Virus record (IMG/VR): IMGVR_UViG_3300032397_000001
Strand: one strand, 5' to 3'
DNA length: 64,000 bases
From: a virus
Under the pieces are notes generated by a model. The model was not told where the DNA came from and did not search any database. It saw only the letters and a list, made by a program, of their open reading frames with translations. Of the stretch, positions 56,898-64,000 are shown in pieces. A program made the position numbers and the translations under genes. The first letter of the stretch is position 1; every line of letters starts with the position of its first letter.

Positions 56898-57218
56898 ATG
56901 CCCCTAGAAGTCACATGCACCAACGAACAGAAGGTTCCCATAGGTATCAGCCCTGTCACAGAAGCTGGAAAACCCGTTCTATTGGATGGGCCAGTTGTAG
57001 TCACCGTAATAAGTGGAGATGGATCTGTCGAGATGATCGATGAAAGCAATTTCTACGTTGCTTCTGGAGATGCTCTAGCTGACTCAACATTCCTTGTTGA
57101 GGGGGATGCTGATCTCGGCGCTGGAGTGATCTCGATTGCAGACACAATCATCTTACACGTGGAACATGCGAACGCAAAGAGTCTCGGCATGGTTGTTGGT
57201 GTGGCTGTGTTGAAGTAA
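56898..57218 (+). CDS. Ig-like beta-sandwich hypothetical protein
   Basis: AAAGGAG RBS before ATG 56898; beta-rich; DADLGAG motif. Confidence 0.6.
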   Translation: MPLEVTCTNEQKVPIGISPVTEAGKPVLLDGPVVVTVISGDGSVEMIDESNFYVASGDALADSTFLVEGDADLGAGVISIADTIILHVEHANAKSLGMVVGVAVLK

Positions 57219-57241
57219 ACGAATGAAAGGAGGAGATCATT

Positions 57242-57328
57242 ATGGCGAAGAAGAAACCAGTTCCACCTCCGAAGGGTAAGGGTGGCAAACCACTACCGAA
57301 GGGTGGCAAACCAGTTCCCAAGAAGTGA
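57242..57328 (+). CDS. 28-aa Lys/Pro/Gly-rich basic peptide MAKKKPVPPPKGKGGKPLPKGGKPVPKK
   Basis: Strong GAAAGGAGGAG RBS and downstream hairpin; not in the ORF track. Confidence 0.65.
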   Translation: MAKKKPVPPPKGKGGKPLPKGGKPVPKK

Positions 57329-57339
57329 ACCTCTTGATT

Positions 57340-57374
57340 GAAGTGAGCTAAGCTGTAATGGTTTAGCTCACTTC
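57340..57374 (+). terminator. Hairpin terminator
   Basis: gaagtgagctaagc/gtttagctcacttc. Confidence 0.65.
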
Positions 57375-57387
57375 CTCATCCTTCCTT

Positions 57388-57573
57388 ATGGTTAAGTTTA
57401 AAGACAAAGAATTCGACGCGATACTAGAACGCTTCAATGAAGTCTTGAGAAGCAAGGCTGCGATTAACCATCCCGCTGTAAGAGAGGTTTTTATTCTTCT
57501 GAGGCATGTTCGAAATAATGACCTCATGGTTGAGATATCAAGTGTTTGTGAAGAGCAAATAATCCCTGTTTAA
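57388..57573 (+). CDS. Hypothetical protein
   Basis: ORF only; weak RBS. Confidence 0.4.
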   Translation: MVKFKDKEFDAILERFNEVLRSKAAINHPAVREVFILLRHVRNNDLMVEISSVCEEQIIPV

Positions 57574-57611
57574 TTAGTGCCCCTTGAAATTTTCATGGAG
57601 GAAAAGATATA

Positions 57612-57863
57612 ATGAATTTCGTCGTTAAAGCATTCACGGAACAAAATGGTGATCCTTCTTCGATGCGACTTATTGCTGCATTCATTATCTTTGTGATAAT
57701 GTTCAACTGGACGTTCTATAATGTTTCACAACAACAATTGGCCCCTCTGAATTGGGAAAGCGTAATGGCTGTCCTAGGCACACTTTTCGTTAAGGCATAC
57801 CAAAAGGGTAAAGAGAATGGTAAAGACACCGAAATACCAAAGGTAATTGGAAGTGACAGATAA
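57612..57863 (+). CDS. Holin-like two-TM membrane protein
   Basis: GDPSSMRL motif, two hydrophobic segments, charged C-tail; near NlpC/P60 gene. Confidence 0.6.
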   Translation: MNFVVKAFTEQNGDPSSMRLIAAFIIFVIMFNWTFYNVSQQQLAPLNWESVMAVLGTLFVKAYQKGKENGKDTEIPKVIGSDR

Positions 57864-58225
57864 CTTTCAAGATGAAAAGATCTCCTTCAAGCTAGAACTT
57901 TGCTACTCGAATTGAGGTTAGTGCCAGAATTAAGTATGTCAAGCTTGCTAGCAGAGATTCGCAAATATCAAGAGACTGCGTAAAATAGTGAGTATAAGGG
58001 TCTTGTATTATCAAACCAATTAACTGTCGCACGTTTACAAGTAGCGTTTTTACTTTACATGTTCTAATTCTCAAAAAAGAGAAAGAGTTATATGGTGTTA
58101 TAGGAGTATCCCCAATACGATATTAATTGGCTTCAACGTCAAGAGGTTGAATATAGTAATGATCATCAAGGTTGAATATCCGTTGGTAGAGAACATTCAT
58201 GAGTGTTGTGTTGGGAGATATATAG

Positions 58226-58585
58226 ATGAAGATCGCAATGTTGTTTGTTCTAGCGTTTGTCTGTGAATCGATAGTTCAGATTATTGGCTCTTCGGAATTG
58301 TTCGTAGGCTTCAGAACATTCTTCAAAGAGCCAAGCAAGCTTTATGATCTCGTAAACTGTAAGTATTGCCACAGTGTATGGGTTGCTTTTATCATTATTC
58401 TGGCTTATGGTCTTGTTTTGGAAATGTTGATTAGTTGGTGGTCATTGTTCTGGCTTATTATCGGAACATTCTTTGTTCATAGATTGTCTAACTGGTATCA
58501 TTTGCTATATGATATTGTTGAGAGTTATAAGGTTAGCAGAGACTTCGAACTCTACCCTCCTTCTAGAGAGGTGATAGATGACTAA
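58226..58585 (+). CDS. Membrane protein, DUF1360-like
   Basis: LF..FR...LVNCKYCHSVWVA motif with TM segments. Confidence 0.6.
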   Translation: MKIAMLFVLAFVCESIVQIIGSSELFVGFRTFFKEPSKLYDLVNCKYCHSVWVAFIIILAYGLVLEMLISWWSLFWLIIGTFFVHRLSNWYHLLYDIVESYKVSRDFELYPPSREVIDD

Positions 58586-58691
58586 ACCAAACGTGTGTGT
58601 TGACTTCTAAAGATTGGCAACGTTAGCATCATATACTGGGGAAAAGGCTTGGTAAACAATGGTAGCTACGAAGTCGGGAGGGTAGAGTGAG

Positions 58692-59132
58692 ATGAATGAC
58701 ACGACGATCAGTTTGTTGAGGGAAAACTTTCTTCATTATGCATGGTCCTTTATTGGAACGTTTTACAGTTGGGGTGGTGATGATCCAGCAGCATTCGATT
58801 GTTCTGGCTTTGCAGGTGAGTGCACACAATCTATTGGATTGACTCCTAGGGGAATGCGTCTTCGTGCACGAGACTTGTATGATCTTTTCAAAGAGTATGA
58901 AGTTCTTACACTATATGGTGGTTGTCTTATGTTTAGATTTGATAATGGTGTAGCTGCTCATGTTGAGATTTGTATCAATAGGTTTCAAACAATAGCTGCT
59001 AGTGGAGGTGGGAGCAAGACTCTTACCAAAGAAGATGCAGTTAGAGACAATGCGTTCATTAAGGTAAGGCCGATTCAGAAAGGCTCCAATTACAAGTATG
59101 TTGATCCCTTCAAATCATTGTCGGAGATATGA
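58692..59132 (+). CDS. NlpC/P60 cell-wall peptidase (putative endolysin)
   Basis: YSWGGDDPAAFDCSGF catalytic Cys, HVEI His. Confidence 0.85.
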   Translation: MNDTTISLLRENFLHYAWSFIGTFYSWGGDDPAAFDCSGFAGECTQSIGLTPRGMRLRARDLYDLFKEYEVLTLYGGCLMFRFDNGVAAHVEICINRFQTIAASGGGSKTLTKEDAVRDNAFIKVRPIQKGSNYKYVDPFKSLSEI

Positions 59133-59359
59133 AGATGGAAGAGATTGAGTTTATTGAGAGTCTTGGTAAGCTCAAGATTAAAGACGGTGACATTATTGTT
59201 GTCAAGCTTGGTAAGTTTCTTTCAAGTGAACAGCTTCGTCGTATACAGAAGAATGTTAAAGGTCTTTTACCTAAAGGACTCGAGAATGTAAAGGTCATGG
59301 TTTTAGATCGAGGTACTGATATTGGAATTATACGAAAGAAACAATGCGAGGTAATTTAA
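59129..59359 (+). CDS. Hypothetical protein
   Basis: Coupled ORF; LKIKDGDIIVVK. Confidence 0.6.
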   Translation: MKMEEIEFIESLGKLKIKDGDIIVVKLGKFLSSEQLRRIQKNVKGLLPKGLENVKVMVLDRGTDIGIIRKKQCEVI

Positions 59360-59447
59360 GATGTTAGAAGTCTCCAAATAATGTGATGTTGAAGGTACCT
59401 GACTTTATTCCCTTGCCTAAAGGGAAATAGAAGGAACTTTCACTTAG

Positions 59448-59606
59448 ATGAAGAAACAGGACTTGCAGCAGATTGGGAAAATTTGGTCAAATATACTTAT
59501 AGCAAGCTGTAAGAAGTTTAGTGTTGAAGAACAAGTCAAGATGCTAAAGCTGCTTAGAGAGAAAATTGATTCTCGTTTGAAGGAATTAGAAGATGATGAA
59601 TCCTGA
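59448..59606 (+). CDS. Hypothetical protein (52 aa)
   Basis: ORF read by eye; overlaps next ORF. Confidence 0.4.
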   Translation: MKKQDLQQIGKIWSNILIASCKKFSVEEQVKMLKLLREKIDSRLKELEDDES

Positions 59607-59700
59607 TTTGGATGCAGCTCGAGGAATTGTGTATGGAACGATTGCTGGTTTTGTTTGTTGGGGAATTATACTTCTACTTTATTACGTGTTAACACTATGA
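59593..59700 (+). CDS. Small single-TM protein (35 aa)
   Basis: MMNPDLDAARGIVYGTIAGFVCWGIILLLYYVLTL*; ATGA overlap with next gene. Confidence 0.5.
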   Translation: MMNPDLDAARGIVYGTIAGFVCWGIILLLYYVLTL

Positions 59701-60509
59701 GTATATTGAATTATGGGATCTGTACGGTTTGTGGGCATAGAACACTTTTCAAGGAGTGTGATGAATCCTATTCTCGAGAAGCTTGTTTCTGTCATTACTG
59801 TAATAGTACTTCTCGTAATAGACATGTAGCTTTCATTTTGAGTCGACTTTTTAATGTTGATTGCATAGCAAATCTTCCTCGAGGGATACCCATTTTCGAA
59901 GCTCAGGCTTGGGGATCAATTCACGACAATTTGAAACATCGTTCAGATTATATTTGTAGTGAATACTTTCCTCATCTCAAATCAGGTCAGTTCAATGAGA
60001 AAGGTATTAGGTGTGAGAATCTTCAAGATCTTTCCTTTGCGAATGAAACGTTCCAAGTTGTTATTACGCAAGACGTCCTAGAATATGTGCAGGATCTTAT
60101 CCAAGCGTTCATAGAAATCTATAGGGTATTGCAGAATGGTGGGGTTCATGTTTTCACTGTTCCTTGTGTAGGGGAAACGAAGACTAGAGAAGGTCAGCCT
60201 GATGTTTATCGTGATGATCCTGTAGGTGGTGCGGGGTTGGTTTATACAGACTTTGGATTGGATCTTGTGAACCTCCTGAATAAAGCAGTCTATAGGGAAA
60301 CGGAAGTTCGACCTGCCATGTCACTCGAATCTAGCACTCGAAGTATCGACCCACTCAGAGAGGGAAGATTCGAAACCGTTATTCATTTTGGAGATAATGT
60401 TAATCTAATTCATCAGGTTAAAGATTCATGGCTTTACAAGAATACTGCTTTCTTAAGTATTAAGAGAGGAAGTAATGCCAATAGTTCACGAAGAATTACA
60501 GTTCGATAA
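59697..60509 (+). CDS. Zn-ribbon plus class I SAM-dependent methyltransferase
   Basis: CTVCG...CHYCNS.SRNR; CENLQDLSF, TQDVLE, RVLQNGG..VFTVP. Confidence 0.8.
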   Translation: MSILNYGICTVCGHRTLFKECDESYSREACFCHYCNSTSRNRHVAFILSRLFNVDCIANLPRGIPIFEAQAWGSIHDNLKHRSDYICSEYFPHLKSGQFNEKGIRCENLQDLSFANETFQVVITQDVLEYVQDLIQAFIEIYRVLQNGGVHVFTVPCVGETKTREGQPDVYRDDPVGGAGLVYTDFGLDLVNLLNKAVYRETEVRPAMSLESSTRSIDPLREGRFETVIHFGDNVNLIHQVKDSWLYKNTAFLSIKRGSNANSSRRITVR

Positions 60510-60669
60510 AATCAAACATGAAACAGACAAAGCGTATATCATTGTATGTGACACCAATGAATTCGTAGTTCCTAAGAGTCTTGTTCAAGATTTAGATGTT
60601 GAGGAAGGACTAATTACTTTACCTGAATGGTTCATTGAACAGGAAGGTATGGATGAATACGTTTTGTAA
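60475..60669 (+). CDS. Small acidic hypothetical protein
   Basis: HETDKAY...VPKS...ITLPEWF motif common in phages. Confidence 0.65.
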   Translation: MPIVHEELQFDKIKHETDKAYIIVCDTNEFVVPKSLVQDLDVEEGLITLPEWFIEQEGMDEYVL

Positions 60670-60686
60670 CTTTGTAACCTCGACTT

Positions 60687-60760
60687 GGAGTGAGGCAGAA
60701 GTCGGGCACCTTCCCGGCCTTCCCCAGGGCCGTCCCGTCCTCCACATTCTGCCTCACTCC
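60687..60760. ncRNA. Candidate structured RNA/element: 14-bp perfect inverted repeat enclosing a GC-rich core
   Basis: ggagtgaggcagaa ... ttctgcctcactcc, followed by tttcttt. Confidence 0.35.
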
Positions 60761-60779
60761 TTTCTTTAGTTAGATAAAA

Positions 60780-61319
60780 ATGAAAAGTGATGATTCTAGT
60801 AATGATGTTAAGATAATTCAGGATATCAAAATCGTTCAACAAATCGTTAAAGACGTCTTACATTCACGTTCTGGCGAAGGTGTAACACTCAACGTTGTAA
60901 ACATTGGGCAAATTTTACATTCCTACTCTCAGCGTAATCTCGCCTTACCAGATCTTCAATATCTTCCTCCTAAGGAACTCGATTTAAGAAAATTTGTCGA
61001 CGCTCTCCCTGAACCTCGACTTGACAGTTTAATTAGAATAGCTTATGAGATTGCACTCAAGTCTTTCGAATATCAGAAAGATGCAGCATGTTGGTTAGGA
61101 ATCTCTGAACGTACAATGTCTTATCAAAGAATGAGATTAGGACTTGACAAAGAACCTCTCAAGCTTGAAGAGAAGATTATTGACGCTGAGATTATTGAAA
61201 GTGCTCCTTTAGATAAAGATCAATCAGGTAAAGAAAAACCTGTTAATCCAGAGAAGAAAAAGGTTGGCTGGCCTAAGGGTAGGCCTCGTGGCCCCCGTAA
61301 GACAAACAACGGTCAATAA
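60780..61319 (+). CDS. Fis/NtrC-type HTH protein with AT-hook-like C-terminus
   Basis: QKDAACWLGISERTMSY; KKKVGWPKGRPRGPRK. Confidence 0.65.
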   Translation: MKSDDSSNDVKIIQDIKIVQQIVKDVLHSRSGEGVTLNVVNIGQILHSYSQRNLALPDLQYLPPKELDLRKFVDALPEPRLDSLIRIAYEIALKSFEYQKDAACWLGISERTMSYQRMRLGLDKEPLKLEEKIIDAEIIESAPLDKDQSGKEKPVNPEKKKVGWPKGRPRGPRKTNNGQ

Positions 61320-61369
61320 TATATCATAGGAGGTGATTCTGTTATGGGCTAGTTTAAGGGAGGCCTTAT

Positions 61370-61729
61370 ATGATGCAAGCGCTCGGAGTCCACTGGATTG
61401 TGGATTTTTGGGGTTGTGATTTTGCTTCATTGAATAATGTACCCCTTGTTGAGAAAGCGCTAGTAAGTGCAGCAACGCAGTCGGGCGCTACAATCTTAGC
61501 ATATAAGTTTTGTCAATTTGAGCCACAGGGTGTTTCAGGTGCAGTTATTATTTCGGAGAGTCATTTTTCGATTCATACTTGGCCTGAGTATGGATACGCT
61601 GCAGTAGATTTATTTACTTGCGGAACCAAAGTCAAAATGTCTGTTGCGTTGGATGTCATAAAGAAATCTTTGAATCCCAGTGTTCCCGTGCAGGTGTTTG
61701 AGGTCCACAGGGGTGTCAAAGTTGAATAG
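61370..61729 (+). CDS. speD: S-adenosylmethionine decarboxylase proenzyme
   Basis: GVH.IVDFWGC, FEPQGVSG..IISE|SHFSIHTWPEYGYAAVDLFTCG. Confidence 0.95.
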   Translation: MMQALGVHWIVDFWGCDFASLNNVPLVEKALVSAATQSGATILAYKFCQFEPQGVSGAVIISESHFSIHTWPEYGYAAVDLFTCGTKVKMSVALDVIKKSLNPSVPVQVFEVHRGVKVE

Positions 61730-61747
61730 TATTTGGGGGCCTCTTGA

Positions 61748-62056
61748 GAAAAGAGAACATCAGGTAAATACTTTAAGGGTACTGTGTATGAGAAGAAAAT
61801 TATCCAGCTATATGGAGATTCGGCTAGGTTTGATTTTCGAGACTTTTATGATTTACTAGATTTCGTTTTCGTGGATGGGGCACACTCATACGAATATGCG
61901 AAGTTTGATTCTGAGACAGCGTTTAAGCTTATTGATTCCAGGGGGTTTATTTTATGGCATGACTATGGAAGTTGGCCTAGAGTAATAACTGCTTTAGAGG
62001 AATTATATAATAAAGGATTGGACCTTAGACATAGTTAGTCTTTTTTGATTGTATGA
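61748..62056 (+). pseudogene. Truncated class I (Methyltransf_24-like) methyltransferase
   Basis: KIIQLYGDS, VFVDGAHSYE..DS, ILWHDY present; SAM-binding N-terminus absent (in-frame TGA at 61745). Confidence 0.6.
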
Positions 62057-62074
62057 AACGCTTGTGAGGATAAA

Positions 62075-62713
62075 ATGGAGTTTAAGGAGATCTTTTCAAA
62101 TTGGAATGATGTGATTCGAGATCACTATCCTATAGATCGTAGAATGTCGATTATGCGTGGCGTTGATGGAATGAGTTCGGAGAACGTTAGATTCCTTATA
62201 AATGAGATTGTTCGTAGATACGCAAAGGTATATGTTGAAGCGGGTATCTATAGAGGTGGAAGTCTTTTAAGTGCAGCTTTATATAATGAAGTGATGTGCA
62301 TTGGATTTGATAACTTTTCAGGATTCAATGATGATGGGGCTAATCATCAGAAGCTCAACAAGAATCTGTCCTCTCTTAAAGATCATTATAAGAACTCACA
62401 GATAATCATTCATGAAGTTGACTATCGGAGGATTCCAGAATTTGTTCGGGACCTAAAGGTAGATGTTTACTATTATGATGCTGCTCATGAATATGAACAT
62501 CAGTTACGTGGTTTGGAATTAATGCTTCCTTTCCTATCTGAAAGGTGCTTCCTTCTTGTGGATGATATAAACTGGTCTCGGGTTAATGAGGCTACTGAGG
62601 AGTTTCTCGAGAGGCACGTTGGCTTTGAAACATTATTCAAAGTGTTTACTGAAGATAATGCCCAACCAACTTGGTGGAATGGCTTTCAGGTAATCGGAAG
62701 AAATATAGAATGA
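62075..62713 (+). CDS. Class I SAM-dependent methyltransferase (Methyltransf_24-like)
   Basis: YVEAGIYRGGS, GFDNF, YYDAAH, LVDD.NW, WWNG. Confidence 0.85.
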   Translation: MEFKEIFSNWNDVIRDHYPIDRRMSIMRGVDGMSSENVRFLINEIVRRYAKVYVEAGIYRGGSLLSAALYNEVMCIGFDNFSGFNDDGANHQKLNKNLSSLKDHYKNSQIIIHEVDYRRIPEFVRDLKVDVYYYDAAHEYEHQLRGLELMLPFLSERCFLLVDDINWSRVNEATEEFLERHVGFETLFKVFTEDNAQPTWWNGFQVIGRNIE

Positions 62714-63447
62714 TAATGTCAGTTATTAATACTGTAATCTCTATATTGACTCACACCAATAATGGCATTCGGAGGCCGCTTATAAGAGAGTCTTTGTTGT
62801 CTTTCTTCAAGTATACAAATCTTGATGGATCAGCAGTTTTCATTGATGATCATGGGTCTAATGATGAATGGCAAAAGGAGTTAATGAATTCATTTCACAA
62901 GATTCCAAATGTTACGATTCGTCTTCACAGAGAGAACGTTAATGCGGGAACAAATCGTTTCTTTGATATCCCACTCGCGTGTGAAGAGAATCCTGAGGCG
63001 CACTACTTAGTATTACTTGACGATGATCTTCTTTATCAGCATGGATGGTTACAGTTTGCACAACATTTATTAGATACCTTGCCTAATGCAGGTGTTGTTG
63101 GTCTGTGCCGTCATAGAGCTCACGCTGTACAGTGGGCATACTCATATCCAGAAGACCCAAGATATACAATCTTTGATACATTTGACACTCCAGGCGGCAT
63201 GATAATAATGTCTGTAGATACATACCGTAAAACTAAGGGGTGGCCCCCTTTAGGGAGTGGTAGTGACTCAATATTTATGGGAACAATCCGCATGAATCTG
63301 GAGAAGAAGCTTTATGCAATATCACCCCCGATTCTGCGTCATGTTGGGTACGTAAGTGATGATGGGAAACCTGTACGGTTTGATAATCTGTTGAGGGAGG
63401 AGAATAAAACGTTTATTCCTTTACTGGGAAAAAAGCAGAATGAATAG
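62710..63447 (+). CDS. GT2-family glycosyltransferase
   Basis: FIDDHGS, LVLLDDDL DxD, GW..LGSGSD, HVG. Confidence 0.75.
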   Translation: MIMSVINTVISILTHTNNGIRRPLIRESLLSFFKYTNLDGSAVFIDDHGSNDEWQKELMNSFHKIPNVTIRLHRENVNAGTNRFFDIPLACEENPEAHYLVLLDDDLLYQHGWLQFAQHLLDTLPNAGVVGLCRHRAHAVQWAYSYPEDPRYTIFDTFDTPGGMIIMSVDTYRKTKGWPPLGSGSDSIFMGTIRMNLEKKLYAISPPILRHVGYVSDDGKPVRFDNLLREENKTFIPLLGKKQNE

Positions 63448-64000
63448 TTATAAGTTATTATTGTCAATGGTTAACTTCCGTGTAAAGAGACATCTCGATA
63501 TTGGTACTTGTACCAAAGATAATTGGGCATCTGTAATTCCATCTGAAACAAGGTTATCCTGTGAAGCAGCTCCGAAGTTTATAGCCAATTGTCCAACTCC
63601 ATGCTTCTATGGGGAAGCTTTACAGTTAAATGATTTTTTGAGTTCGAAGTCATTTGACTTGATTACTGCTTTGGATTTCATAGAGCATAATTTAAAGGAG
63701 AATGGTTATAAGATAATTACTATGTTGGAGAACTTGTGTAGAGGAAGACTTATATTCTTTACTCCTCTCGGAGATTGGTGTGTTTATTCAACCGACGATA
63801 AATATCAATGTCACCTTTCTGGTTGGCATCCTTCTGAGTTTATATCATTAGGATATTCATGTTGGGTTTTTCCCAATTTTCATAAAGAGTCTGTAGGGCT
63901 TGAATCAGCCTTCTTTGCGATCAAGGATTTCGATAGTCAGATTCCAAGTGTAGTGGATAGTATATTTACTTCAGATGATTCTATGTTTAAGGAAAATCAT
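63440..64000 (+). CDS. Class I SAM-dependent methyltransferase; runs off window end
   Basis: Translated by eye: HLDIGT, SFDLITALDFIEH, FFTPLG, HLSGW; ATG overlaps previous stop. Confidence 0.75.
   Translation, partial: MNSYKLLLSMVNFRVKRHLDIGTCTKDNWASVIPSETRLSCEAAPKFIANCPTPCFYGEALQLNDFLSSKSFDLITALDFIEHNLKENGYKIITMLENLCRGRLIFFTPLGDWCVYSTDDKYQCHLSGWHPSEFISLGYSCWVFPNFHKESVGLESAFFAIKDFDSQIPSVVDSIFTSDDSMFKENH

Larger units (their letters stand above)
1..64000 (+). mobile_element. Tailed dsDNA bacteriophage genome segment (siphovirus-like, HK97 head); free phage or prophage not resolvable
   Basis: Co-linear TerS-TerL-portal-protease-MCP-neck-tail tube-TMP-tail tip-lysis order, all on one strand; no host housekeeping genes. 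Confidence 0.97.

Noticed and set aside
54985-60760. tRNA, SRP RNA or hammerhead ribozyme in the GC-rich tracts
   Set aside because: No T-loop GTTCRA cloverleaf, SRP domain IV motif or CUGANGA/GAAA core found by eye

Overview
The whole window looks like part of a tailed dsDNA bacteriophage genome (Caudoviricetes, HK97-type head, long non-contractile tail). Nearly all genes are on the + strand, use genetic code 11 and have AGGAGG-type RBSs. No integrase, tRNA or CRISPR array was seen. Gene order: (1) recombination genes (UvsY-like, gp32-like SSB, RecA); (2) TerS, intein-containing TerL and portal; (3) an ~8 kb insert inside the head module with a His-repeat/nucleotidyltransferase protein, a second tail-tube-like gene, a SAM methyltransferase, two glycosyltransferases and an ATP-dependent DNA ligase fused to LigD-type phosphoesterase domains; (4) prohead protease, major capsid protein and neck genes; (5) a Com-like Zn-finger gene, major tail protein, chaperones and a 5310-aa tape measure protein; (6) tail-tip genes, two with CAP domains; (7) a ~5.4 kb region (51.0-56.5 kb) in which small genes and shuffled mini-gene copies lie between three complex short-repeat arrays, possibly the genome terminus/early region; (8) secreted, membrane and lysis genes; (9) a second methyltransferase/glycosyltransferase cluster with speD. 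The most notable candidates are a possible virion-packaged, protease-matured nucleic-acid repair kit, a shared leader motif before the capsid and tail-tube genes (possible Com switch), the very long and apparently still-expanding tape measure, and the repeat-bracketed island. All protein calls come from motif recognition by eye, not database searches.
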